Notes under the pieces: model-generated
The model's input: the letters and a program-made list of their open reading frames with translations, nothing else
The model's database searches: none
What the model was told of the DNA's origin: nothing
Assembly (NCBI RefSeq): GCF_009914755.1
Contig: NC_060925.1
Origin: the human T2T-CHM13v2.0 reference genome, Homo sapiens
Length of the DNA: 64,000 bases
Reading direction: 5' to 3' (one strand)
Made by a program: the position numbers and the translations under genes
Part shown: positions 14,651-27,013 of the stretch, piece after piece
Position numbering within the stretch: the stretch's first letter is position 1
How the letters are laid out: the number at the start of each line of letters is the position of its first letter

Positions 14651-15100
14651 AAAATGTTTAAAGTATTTTGGGAGAAATGAATACAAATAAAGAATGTATA
14701 AAGAGTAAAGCCATTGTCCCGATCTCGGAACTTACAATCTCTATTTTGAAACTCAAAGCTGAGCAGTCACTTCTTTGTTCAGTCAGTATCTGTCTTCTCT
14801 CTGTTACAGTGAATGGTTTCATGGGTAAATGGCCACAGAACAATAAGAAAAGAGACAGTAAAAAGAAAAGAAAATTTGGTTCATAACCTCAAAATACCTC
14901 ACCTCAACTGCATTTAGGAGGAAATATTTTAGCTCAAACTTTCTGCTTATAGTTCTTTAGTTTATCTCATTCTTCTACTATCCTGTCTATTGATTTTTTT
15001 CCCAGATAGTCAACATTTTTTTCCAGTTTTTCTAGTTTTTAAATTACACACAGCATCCTCAGAAATAGTCTGTTATATCTTCATAAATACTATTTATTTT

Positions 15101-15409
15101 TCTTTTTTTCTTTTCTTTTTCTTTTTTTGGAGACAGAGTCTCATTCTGTCACCCAGGCTGGAGTGCAGTGGTACAATCTTGGCTCACTGCAACACCACTT
15201 CCTGGGTTCCAGGGATTCTCCTGCCTCAGCCTCCCGAGTAGCTGGGATTACAGGCACATACACTACACCCGGCTAATTTTTGTATTTCTAGTAGAGATAG
15301 GGTTTCACCATGTTGTCCAGGCTGGCCTCAAACTCCTGACCTCAGATGATCTGACTGCCTCAGCCTCCCAAAGTGCTGAGATTATAGGTGTGAGCCACCG
15401 CACCCTGCC
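15101..15409 (-). mobile_element. AluS
   Basis: Full dimer. TSD CT(A/G)TTTATTTT at 15090 and 15410. Confidence 0.92.
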
Positions 15410-15963
15410 CTGTTTATTTTACCAATATTGATGTTTAGTTAGGTGTCTCTCTTTCATGGTACCTTTTTAAAAATTGTCAGAGATTACTGGCTATCTTCCC
15501 ATATTTGTACTGAGATTCTCTCTTTGCCCTCCTGCCTCTGGTTCTTGTGAAGGATTATGAGGAGAAGTGGGCTAGTAAGTTGTCTTTGGAGTTCGGGTGC
15601 CACCTATCCCTGCTAGAGTTATTAGCTAATGTGAGCACTATCTGATTTCCCAGGTTTCAATGTAGACTTTTACTCATTTAAAGCTGCAAGCAAATATACC
15701 AACTACTCACTATTCAGTCAACCATGAGGAAAGAAAGGGACAACCATCCAACTGCTCCAAAAGCAGATCACCAAGCGATCACCCTATCATTTTCTGTCCC
15801 TTCACTTCTATCTATGCTCTCTGAACTCAGTTTCAACAAATCACTCCCATCACCTCAGGAAAGTTTTGCTGATATTCTCTACTTTTTATCTCAGCAATTC
15901 CTTGAAATTTCTGATCTAGTGTCCTTACTGACTTCATTTAAGCAGAGCAAAGTGTTAAAATAG

Positions 15964-16480
<517 letters not shown>

Positions 16481-16829
16481 TTGGTAGAAATGAGAAGGGT
16501 AAGACCATGACTGTGTCACAATATAATGAGGGTGACAGAAACACACACATACAGAACAATCCAAAAGGCAATACGATCAAAATATGAGAATAATTATATG
16601 CCAAGCGAGTATAGGAATGGGAGAGACTAATTCAGACAAGGTAGATCAAGCAAGATTTTGTGAAAGACTTGGGAGATGAGCTTATCTTTAAAAAGGGGAG
16701 GTTAATTTTGTGTTTATGTAAAAGTGTGAGTTTACTTGTTGACCTTGCAACATGATTTAATGAAAGCCTTCATAATTTGTAAAGGGTTGCTTTTGTCTCA
16801 GTAGTCTAAGAAGTCTCATCACTGCACAG

Positions 16830-17080
16830 GCATTGCAAAGAGAAGAAAGAGGCCAGAGAAAGTTGTGATCATTACCCCTTCCTAATAAGGGCAGACTTGA
16901 AAATGACACTCATCACGTCTACTTACATTCCACTGGTCAAAAGTTTAATCACATGGCCAACTTTGCTGCAAATGCAGGTTTAGAAGTGTAACCTTTATAA
17001 CAAGTTGCACACTACCTAGCTAATCGCTATTACATTGGAAGAGGAACGAAGAAATACGAGGGAAAATTGAGTGTCTATAT
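16830..17080 (-). mobile_element. Old MaLR LTR fragment (MLT1)
   Basis: catcacgtctacttacattccactggtcaaaag..tcacatggccaac..gctgcaa motif. Confidence 0.5.
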
Positions 17081-17185
17081 CAAACTTTCTTTAAAAAAAC
17101 CTTTATAATTCCAATAACCAAAATATGTCAGTTATAAACTGCTTAAAGCTCTACTGATATATACACTTCAGTTTTATTCACTATT

Positions 17186-17814
17186 TCTAATAGTTAATAT
17201 TGAGTATCAACTTGATTGGATTGAAGTATACAAAGTATTGATCCTGTGTGTGTCTGTGAGGGTGTTGCCAAAAGAAATTAACATTTGAGTCAGTGGGCTG
17301 GGGAAGGCAGACCCACCCTTAATCTGGTGAGCACAATCTATTCAGCTGCCAGTGAATATAAAGCAGGCCGAAAAACGTGAAAAGGAGAGATTGGCCTAGC
17401 CTCCCAGCCTGCATCTTTCTGCCATGATGGATGCTTCCTGCCCTTGAACATCGGACTCCAAGTTCTTCAGTTTTGGGACTTGGACTGGCTCTCCTTGCTC
17501 CTCAGCTTGCAGACAACGTATTGTGGGACGTTGTGATCATGTAAGTTAATAATAAACTCCCCTTGATATATGTGTATGTATATATATATATATGTGTGTG
17601 TGTGTCTGTGTGTGTCTGTGTGTGTGTCTGTGTGTATATATATATACATATATATGTATATATACATATACATATATATGTATATATATATACATATATA
17701 TGTGTGTATATATATACATATATATGTATATGTATATATACATATATATGTATATATATATATATATATATCTCCTGTTAGTTCTGTACCTCTAAGAGAA
17801 CCCTGACTAATACA
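17186..17814 (+). mobile_element. Solo MLT2A (HERV-L) LTR
   Basis: gttaatattgagtatcaacttgattggattgaag...gagaaccctgactaataca. Perfect 5-bp TSD CTATT at 17181-17185 and 17815-17819. Confidence 0.92.
17566..17772. repeat. Compound (TA)n/(TG)n/(CATATA)n microsatellite inside MLT2A
   Basis: Directly visible. It is the source of five spurious ORFs. Confidence 0.95.
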
Positions 17815-17990
17815 CTATTTAAAGAATCACGTTCACCTTAGGGTGGGGCTATATCCACCTTTCCTCATATTTAGCTATAGATATTATATGGAATATTATT
17901 TGACTTGTTGAAATACTGGGCTAGCAGATTACAGCATAAATTCTTTGAATTAAGTAGACATTCTCCATCCAAATGACAAATACTTCATAG

Positions 17991-18430
17991 GTTACCTGTC
18001 CGAGTCCGAGTTGTACTGAATGGAATTTTTATTACTTTATTCCCCATCACTTTCATGGATTTTTATATTACCATTTGTATGGGTCTTTTCTACTTCAAAT
18101 TTGATAGATATGCATATTATATGAAGTACTCTATATTTATGTTCCCTGGAAAGGCCGGAAGTTGAGTAAACACATCTCGAAACTGCTCCAGTAAAAATGC
18201 AGTTGCACACATCATGAATACATTATTGCTGTTGCAGCATCTGCAGTGCATGTGGCACAGACTGCGGCAGGCTTTCATTAGACTGCAGCAAAAGGCAAAT
18301 ATATGCTGCTCTTTGCTCCAAGAAGAAAATTCTGCATATTTTTTGTGAAAGTATAATCCCCAAATTTGCATCAACTGCAACAAAACACAAAAACCATATA
18401 TAATTTCAACAATTGTGATTTTCTATAAAT
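17991..18430 (+). pseudogene. Candidate decayed coding exon
   Basis: tacttcatag| ... |GTAAGT. One frame of 146 codons is broken only by two TGA codons (18163, 18346). Identity unknown. Confidence 0.3.
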
Positions 18431-18849
18431 GTAAGTTTAAGTAATTCTACACATATGCTAATCTGCAAAAGAAGTTTATTATTCTATATTAACATTGACT
18501 TCAAAATTAAGATTCTGAATGAATGTTAATTTTCAATCTTGATTTGTTACACGGGTATTTTTGTGACCAGAATTCATCTACAAACACTATAAATATCAAC
18601 AGGAGAAATAATTTCTAATGTATTAAATGATGTAAAAAATAGCTATTTTCTATTACTTTCATTGCCTACATAATAACAAATAGTCCCACAGTTTAATAAA
18701 AAAGAATGAAGAAAGTAGACATTTCAATAACCAGGTACATTTTATTTATTTTTTGGAGGGAAGAAACAATTAAAATGTATTAAAGAAAATATCACCGTGG
18801 AAATCAACCCTAATTTACAGAGCCCATGACCAGTTTATTTTGAAAAAAC

Positions 18850-19920
18850 TAAAAATTAGAAGCATCAGAATGATAAGACATTGAGTTGGTAAAAGATAAT
18901 GTCATAAAAATGGAACAATCAGAGAAGAATGAGATTTTGAAAATTTTAAAGTTACAACCAAAATAAAAATATTCAGAAAAATAATTGAAAATGTTGGAAA
19001 ATAACATCACCTTGGAGAAGAAAAAGATATCAAAAATAGAAAGGAAGGCTAAAAAATTAAATGGCCAATATAAGGGATCATATATCTGAATAATAAAAGT
19101 TTTTGAAAGAACAGAGAAAAAGAAGGGCGATATTATAAAAGAAGTAATAAAGAAATATTTCCTAAAACCAAAGACATGAATCCCTGCATTGATAAGACTC
19201 AGCAAGCTTCCACCACATTAAATAAAAAGGATTCATACCAAGGCAGCATTATAAACTTTCAGAATATTAAGAAATCCAAAATGTGGATGCTGAGAAAATT
19301 CTAAAAATTCAGACAGGAAAAAGTTAAGATTCAAAGGAATAAGAGGACAAAACGTCACTAGACTTCTCAAGAGCAACTCCGGATGCTAAAAATCAATTAG
19401 CAATGCCTTCAGTATGTTGAGAAAAAAAGGAGTTTCAACTTAAAATGTTATATCCGGCCAAACTCTTAACCAATGGTGAGGGCGAAATTTTTATCATATA
19501 AGAGTAAAAAATTACTGCCTGTCATGCACCTTACTACGTGACCAATGAATGCTATGCTTCAGCAAGATAAGGGAATAGAGAAAGAAAGATCTCAGCAACA
19601 AAAAAGACAGGCAAAGGGAATTTCCAAAATGTGGGCAAAAGAAGTCTCTGGGTGGCTGCTATTTGCCAGGGTGAGAAAGAAATCTGTCCAAATTAGAGCA
19701 AAAAACACAAAGAGTTATATGAAGGAAGGCTGGGGTGTAGAAAAAATAAAAGCATGGGAATGATAGGTCATCTGAGGTTTGGCAGTCTTTGAAAATATTA
19801 CTGCAAGGTATTTGGCAGACTTGGTAGTACTTAGGAAAAAAAATAGCAATTGCTATATGTAACACTAAACAAATGGATAAAATGAGACAATAATTAGCTC
19901 CAGGTAAAATTAACTGTTCT
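18850..19920 (+). mobile_element. Old L1M/HAL1 ORF1-region remnant
   Basis: gaagtaataaagaaatatttcctaaaaccaaagacatgaatcc...attcataccaaggca...actagacttctcaagagcaac ORF1-like motifs. Confidence 0.6.
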
Positions 19921-19933
19921 TTTAAAAAAGAAG

Positions 19934-20384
19934 CAGAGTCCTGAACAACACGGAGGTTAGAGGTGCCATTCCCCACTCTGGCACAGTCAAAAACCTGTGT
20001 ATAGCTTTCAAATCCCCTAAAACATAACTACTAATAGCCAACTGTTGGCTGGAATCCTTATGGATAACATACATAGTTAATTAATCCACCCTGTATGTTA
20101 TATATATTATATATACTATATTCTTTAACATAAGTTAGAGAAAATAAAATGTTACTAAGAAAATCATAAGGAAGAGAAAATACATTTACTATTTATTAAA
20201 TGGAAGTAGACCATCATAAAAGTCAGTCTTCACCATCTTCACATTGAGGATACTGAGGAGGAGGAAGAAGAGGAGGGGTTGGTCTTGCTGTCTCAGAGGT
20301 GGAATAAAGAGAAGAAAATCCATGTATAAGCCATGTATAAGTGAACCCATGCAGTTCAAACCCATGTTGTTCAAGAGTCACCTA
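19934..20384 (-). mobile_element. Tigger2a (TcMar-Tigger DNA transposon)
   Basis: Ends ctgaacaacacggaggttag... and ...gcagttcaaacccatgttgttcaagagtca. Internal gaggaggaggaagaagaggaggggttggtcttgctgtctcag. Confidence 0.85.
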
Positions 20385-20562
20385 TATAGTCATGGTATAC
20401 CACTTGGCTCTGTAATTTGCGTAGTCCTAGTAATGTAAAAACTGACTATTGAGTTCACCAAAAAATATAATATGGAGAGGAGAGGAGGGATGTTAGCTCA
20501 TCCAAACTCTTAACTACTGTAACATAAAATTAAATAGATTCTGTCAAAATTAATCAATCAAA

Positions 20563-20690
20563 ACCAGGCATAGTGGCCTGTGCTTGTAATCCCAGCTACT
20601 CAGAAGCCTGAGGATCCTTGAACACAAGAGTTTAAGACCAGACTGGGCAACAGAGCAATTACTCATCTCAAAAAACAAATCAATAAAAAG
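20563..20690 (+). mobile_element. FAM/FLAM monomer
   Basis: Single degraded Alu arm flanked by AATCAAT(C/A)AAAA. Confidence 0.7.
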
Positions 20691-21266
20691 CAGAATATGT
20701 GTCATATTTAGATTTATGGATGCAAACACCAGAAAACACCAGAAGCAGCAGCTAAAAATTGGGAAGTGGCTGCCTCTAGAAAGCATGACTAAAAGATAGA
20801 GAGTAATTGCTGGACACAGCTTCTTTTTTAATATAAGGGTAATATTTTATTATATGGACAAAATTTAATAATGTGCAAGGAGAAAACAAATTGATGCTTC
20901 CTCTGCTGTTTCAAATATTAGCTGCGGTCTTTTTTTGTTGTTGTTCTTTGTTTTTTTTTTTGCGTAAAATTTCTAATAGGTGCAATAACTATTTTAGGTT
21001 ATCCTCAGACAATAAAGTATCCTCTGCTCATTTTTAGACCCAGCATAGTAACTGCATTGTCCACACTCAGGTCATAATAGTCGAAATCCATATTCTTTCC
21101 CAATTTAAAGCTTTTCCTGGATCCTGCCTCAGTATTGTTGTGGGCTGGGTGTGCTGATGGGAGAGAATGAAAGCCTTCTTCTCTATTTAGTGCGTTTTCT
21201 TTTCCCTAACCTCCTGATTTCTTTTCTGTGGTGAGGGCACTTTTGTGAGTTTCTCCAGGATACTTT

Positions 21267-21742
<476 letters not shown>

Positions 21743-22709
21743 CAGGATACTTTTTCTAAGGTTCCCATCACTGAAGCTTGTTTGCTGTGGACAATAATGG
21801 CTCGCCATTGGTTACCTGTCCTCCTAGCATGGTAACCTCGGGCTCTAAATTCAATGATAACACTTTCAGCCTATAAGATATACTATTTTAAGTTGTCTCC
21901 AGACCATGAACATCTTATGGGTCAATGGGGCTCATGGGAGAAAGTCTCATATCCCTGCCAGGCAAAGTAGCTTCCTTACAAGGCAGCCTCCTACTTTTGC
22001 TCTGCTCCAGGCAGGCAACTCCACCCGCTAATTTTCACCTTTAGCCTTTCCAGATGTGAGTTGCTTATTAGTTCTCATGTTCCTTTAAAATCTAAGAGTT
22101 GTGTACAAGTTATCATAGTGATCCTCTAAGACTCCTCTCATGTATCTTGAGATGTGAGGGAGTCATTCCTTTCCCTCCACTTTATAGTAGTGAAAACCAC
22201 ATAGCATGTGACAACACTTTCCAGGAATCTTCTCTTCCACTGCCTCCCATCATATTGCTGAATGTGGGTGATTATGAAGGCTGGAAGAATGTTTCACAAT
22301 TGCTGAGTCTATATAACGTAGGTCTACAACAGACCAGCTTCAGAATGCAGGGGTATTTGGCAGCTATTTTTTTGCTCCTGGCCTTTAGGCATCAGCTAAA
22401 ACTAAAAAAGAAGTCTCTATTTATTATCCCATTGCATTAGATTTTTAGCATTTTTTGAACTATGTACTTTTTTTATTTGGATAAGAAATAAAGTGTTTTT
22501 TTTAAGTGAAAGCATAATAAGATGCCACAATGTGAACTAAATAATTTTTAACTGACTTTTTTTTTGTCGGGTTTCTTGGTAAAGGAAAATTTGGAAACGT
22601 GTCATCGTAAAGCAGCAAGCTTCAGGTACGAATCATGGATCTGACATGCAAAAGTCACAAACTCAAATGCCCACAACAACCAGACATATAATGTACGTGC
22701 ATGAAGTAG

Positions 22710-24208
22710 TGTAACTGTGCTGTAATAAGAAATGTATTTGGTCTTTGTCCCCAGTTCCTGGCACAGAGCTACTAAAAACCGTTAGAATTTCTTAAGTGAT
22801 AGGAGTGTCTTTTCTTATTCATAACAAGGTACTGAGTTCAGATCACACATGATTTTATGCCAAGAAGGTGACTTAAGGTGTAGCCCCAAGATAACCTCAG
22901 GATTGGGGCTGGTCACCAGAAAAACCAGGTGATTAGAAGGTTGAAACTTACAGTACCACATGAGCTCTGGGGAGGTGAGAGGGTCTAGAGATTGAGACTT
23001 ATAAAAACTTTTAAACAAGGAGATTTGGACAGCTTCTAGGCTGGGGAACACATAGACACCGTGAGGTTGGTGAGCTCAGAGAGGTCATGGAAGCCCTACA
23101 CACCATGCCCCATTCCTTGAACTATGCATCTATATTTTCTGGCTATTCTTGAGTTGGATCCTTTGTAATAAACTGGTAATGTTAGCACTAGGGAATGTAT
23201 CTGAGTCATGTAGCACTAAAGTATGTTAGTGGCAGTGAATCTGTATGGGTCTGCAGCAACCTCAAATGCTTGCCTCCTCAGAAGAAAGAATTTGACTGAG
23301 GAGCACATGGCAGAGTGAGAGACCAAGGCAAGCTTTAGAGCAGGAATGAAAGTTTATTAAAATGCTTTAGAGCAGGAACAAAAAGAAGTAAAGTACACTT
23401 GGAAGAGGTCCTAGCAGGCGACTTGAGAGATCAAATGCGTGGCTTGACCTTTGACTTGGGGTTAGCATGCTTCTGAGGTTGCATTACTTCTCACCTGATT
23501 CTTCCCTTGAGGTGGGCTGTCTGGATGCACAGTTGCCTGCCAGCACTTGGGAGGTGAGCATGTGCAATGTGTTTACCAAAAATCATGCATATGCTCACTT
23601 GAGGCGTTCTTTCTTTACTGGTCAAATGTTCTTAGGGGAAGGTCATATACCAGTTAAACTCTGCTATTTTTGAGGGCTGCATGCTTGAGCCCACTTACCC
23701 AACCCTTGAGATTTTATCAGGAAGCTGCTGATCACCAACTTTAGGTGTTTCTGTCTATTGGGAGACCCTGTTTCCCTTGAATCAGCTGCAGCCAATTATT
23801 ATTTTAGAGAGGCAGTTTAACAACTGCCTGCCCATCACCTGATGGTTGCCTGGCATTCCTGAGGGCTAGGGGCTCTCCTGTCCTGTTTATGTCCGACTAA
23901 CTACCTACTGTAACAATAAATGTAAATAAAGTGTTTCCCTGAGTTCCATGAGCCATTCTAGCAAATTGCTAAATCTCAGGAAGGGGTCATGGAAACCTCC
24001 AATTTATAGCCAGTGGTTGAGAACTACAGGTGGCCTGGGACTTGTGACTGGCATCTGAAATGAGGGCAGCCTTGTGGAACTGAACCTGCAAATCTATGGA
24101 ATCTAATGCTAATTCCAAGTGGTTGTTGTCAAAATTGAATTGAATGATTGGACACCTAGCTGGAGTAAGATAATTGGTGTCAGAAAACACCCCAGAGTAA
24201 CCTTAACA
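22710..24208 (+). mobile_element. MER21B/C LTR, split by MER50
   Basis: gtatttggtctttgtccccagttcctggcacagagct...ggggctggtcaccagaaaaacc...; resumes at 23920 with aaagtgtttccctgagttccatgagccattctagcaaatt. Confidence 0.8.
23180..23915 (-). mobile_element. MER50 solo LTR (ERV1)
   Basis: Reverse complement begins TGTTACAGTAGGTAGTTAGTCGGACAT. Contains gggtctgcagcaacctcaa..gcctcctcagaagaaagaatttgactgagg. 4-bp TSD GTAA/ATAA. Confidence 0.82.
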
Positions 24209-25325
24209 AAAACTACAGTGCAAGTATACTGAGAGGAAGCAACCAGTGTCAGAAAGATGGGAGTGAGTAGTGAGGATTTTAAGAGTCCACATAATCTAAA
24301 GCAGGCAGCTACCACTCAGTTTCAGCTAACTATGCAATGATTTTAAATATTCCAGTTTCAAAGAGGAACTCTTAAAAATAAAAATGACAGCTACTTGAAA
24401 AAAATCAAAAACATTTTTAAAATAAACTTGTCTGTCAGCCAGATCTAGCATATGGACAACCTCTGGACTATGGGTTTCTTTGCACAATGTCTGCAGTGTA
24501 TCAATGCTGTTAAATAGGTAAATTATTTCCCCCGATACTGTGCAACTTTCTCTGAGACAATTAGTTCTAGATTACGGAACCAACAAAACCAAGGTCAATA
24601 ACTCAGTCCATTCAATCATTTAACAAATACTTATTGAGCACTTATTATGTATAAAGTACTATACAATACAAAGAAATAAGACAATGCAAAGGTCTACGAT
24701 TATAAAACCTTCCTTTGTGTAAACATTAGGGTCAGAATCTTCAATCAAGTAGTTAATCTGTCATAGATCAAGTGTATCAAAAATAAAGACTTTAAAGAAA
24801 TGAAAAATCCTTTAAGGAGAAATAACTGATGAAAATTAATTTATAAGCTTAACCTAAGTATAGTACAAAAAGACAGTAGATTCTTATAGAGAAAAGATTA
24901 ACCATGCTGTTGGTGACAATATCTTTTATTACAATTCTTTAATGCTATTGGAATTGGGCACACACAGCGACAACTTCTCCTTTAATAAGCAGTGGCATCA
25001 AGAATTTCTTGTATATCTTTTAAAAACCTATCCATCTCAGACCCTCAATTGCAAGAGGCAAGACGATATCTTGAAATGAAACTGCCTCTGTAGCTGGGAA
25101 CCAACAACATGTTTACTTGATCTAATCAGAGTACCAATTTTAAGTCCTTTGCTTTTCCTGTGTTTCTAGGGCTATGAAGAAAAAGTAAATATGAATCCCT
25201 TCAGTTCATATACACACACACACACACACTTAAAAGACAGTTGTATCCTTCATATTTTTTATTGTTGTATCTTTCCATATTTTACTTTTTCATTTGTAAC
25301 CGTTTTTAAAAATATAACTAGTATA

Positions 25326-25614
25326 GGCTGGGTGCGGTGGCTCACACCTGTAATCCCAGCACTTTGGGAGGCCAAGGCGGGCAGACCATGAGGTCAGGAG
25401 ATCGAGACCATCCTGGCTAACACAGTGAAACCCTGTCTCTACTAAAAAATACAAAAAAACAATTAGCCCGGCATGGTGGCGAGCGCCTGCAGTCCCAGCT
25501 ACTCAGGAGGCTGAAGTAAGAGAATGGCGTGAACCCGGGAGGCAGAGCTTGCAGTGAGCCGAGATCATGCCACTGCCCTCCAGCCCGGGCAACAGAGCAA
25601 GACTCCATCCAAAA

Positions 25615-25632
<18 letters not shown>
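25326..25632 (+). mobile_element. AluY
   Basis: ggagatcgagaccatcctggctaacac...agaatggcgtgaacccgggaggcagagcttgc. Long A tail. Confidence 0.92.

Positions 25633-25707
<75 letters not shown>
25633..25707. repeat. (TA)n(TATATG)n microsatellite at the Alu tail
   Basis: Directly visible. Confidence 0.95.
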
Positions 25708-25916
25708 CTCTAGTATAAACATTAGGATGTTATTTGTAGATATTCAACACACATCTTCAATTTATAATGGAGTCTTTTTTGAGTTTATTATCTCAATAAT
25801 GTAAATAAATATAATCATCAGAACTCCAGTAAACAGCAAAGTCATGGCTTATATATCTGGTTTACATTCTCTTTTTCTCCAGCTATTCAATTTCCCTTAA
25901 TTAGTGCCTAACCCAT

Positions 25917-26174
25917 TGTGTCAGATGCTCTCAGTGCTCTGATCAAATATTCAGACACCTTTACCTATTTTCCATGTATCACCTGCTGGTGTGCTATTCC
26001 TCCCAAGAGCTGGAAGTTATCACCCATGTATCTTTGCTGTGACTGCTGGCTACTTTATCTGCACACAAGGAAGGCCAGAAGTACCCCCCGTTCCCCACTC
26101 CCCAATCTCAGTAGGCAGCCCTTAACCAATGACAGATGTGTACAGGAGTTCAGAAGCTCCTGCACCCTTGCCCC
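25917..26174 (+). mobile_element. LTR16-like (ERVL) 5' fragment
   Basis: ggcagcccttaaccaatgacaga...ggagt..agctcctgcacccttgcccc motif. Confidence 0.5.
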
Positions 26175-27013
26175 TGTCAACCTTAATAACAAACAGAGAC
26201 TTGGTCTCTAATAGAAAATGATGTTTATTTAAGAATAGGGCATTGCAGTGGGAATACACATGCCATAATAAGCTATGTGCATATTCAGAGAAATAGGGAA
26301 GACAAAGGTTTTCAAAGGAAAAATTAGGAGGATACTTGTTTTGAAATAATGATCCTTGGCTACAAGAATCAATAAAAAGATGGCATCAGTTCAATATTGG
26401 ACTGGCAGCTGCTGGGCAGATGTCTCCATGGAAGTATTTTGTGTGTGTGTGTAAATAATATGGTTTGGCTCTGTGTCCCCACCCAAATCTCATCTCCAAT
26501 CATAATCCCACATGTTAAGGGAAGGACCTGTAATCTCCATGTGTTGAAGGAAGGAGGTAATTGGATCATGGGGGCGGTTTCCCCCATGATGTTTTTGTGA
26601 TAGTGAATGAGTTCTCACGAGATCTAATGGTTTTATAAGCATTTGGCATTTCCCCTGCTGGCACTTCTCTGTCCTGCTGCCATGTGAAGAAGGTCCTTGC
26701 TTCCCCTTTGCCTTCTGCTGTGATTGTAAGTTTCCTGGGGAGGAACAGTGAATCAGTTAAACCTCTTTCCTTTATACATTACCCAGTCTCAGGTAGTATC
26801 TTTATAGCAGTGTGAAAATTGATTAATGCAGTGAGGTTATGATAGCCTTTGTGTGAGATTGTGGGTTTTGCAGATTCTTTTGTGATAGTTCTTGTTATCA
26901 AGCAAATGTGCAGGAGAACCCTCCCTTGCTCTGACTCTATTTGTCAGTGTTTTGTTGTTGTTGTTTGTTTGTCTTAAATACAAGTGATTTCATTTTGATT
27001 TTGACAAGTTTCA
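26175..27013 (-). mobile_element. ERV1 (MER4-group-like) 3' LTR, interrupted by THE1
   Basis: TG...CA ends. Reverse complement starts TGAAACTTGTCAAAATCAAAATG, immediately after a polypurine tract (AAAAGAGAGAAATT). Confidence 0.7.
26456..26830 (+). mobile_element. THE1C/D solo LTR (MaLR)
   Basis: atatggtttggctctgtgtccccacccaaatctcatc...tgattgtaagtttcctg...attacccagtctcaggtagtatctttatagcagtgtgaaaa. Confidence 0.9.

Larger units (their letters stand above)
22650..24467 (-). mobile_element. MER102-like hAT-Charlie element, split by LTR insertions
   Basis: gtcacaaactcaaatgcc at the left end. ggcagctaccactcagtttcagc...cttgtctgtcagccagatctagc at the right end. Confidence 0.55.

Noticed and set aside
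17467-17806. Five overlapping YIYI/CVCV ORFs
   Set aside because: They are produced by the dinucleotide microsatellite.
18000-18430. Resemblance of the + frame to DC-STAMP-family C-termini (hydrophobic stretch, then CxxC)
   Set aside because: It requires several frameshifts, and downstream islands do not supply the remaining cysteines.
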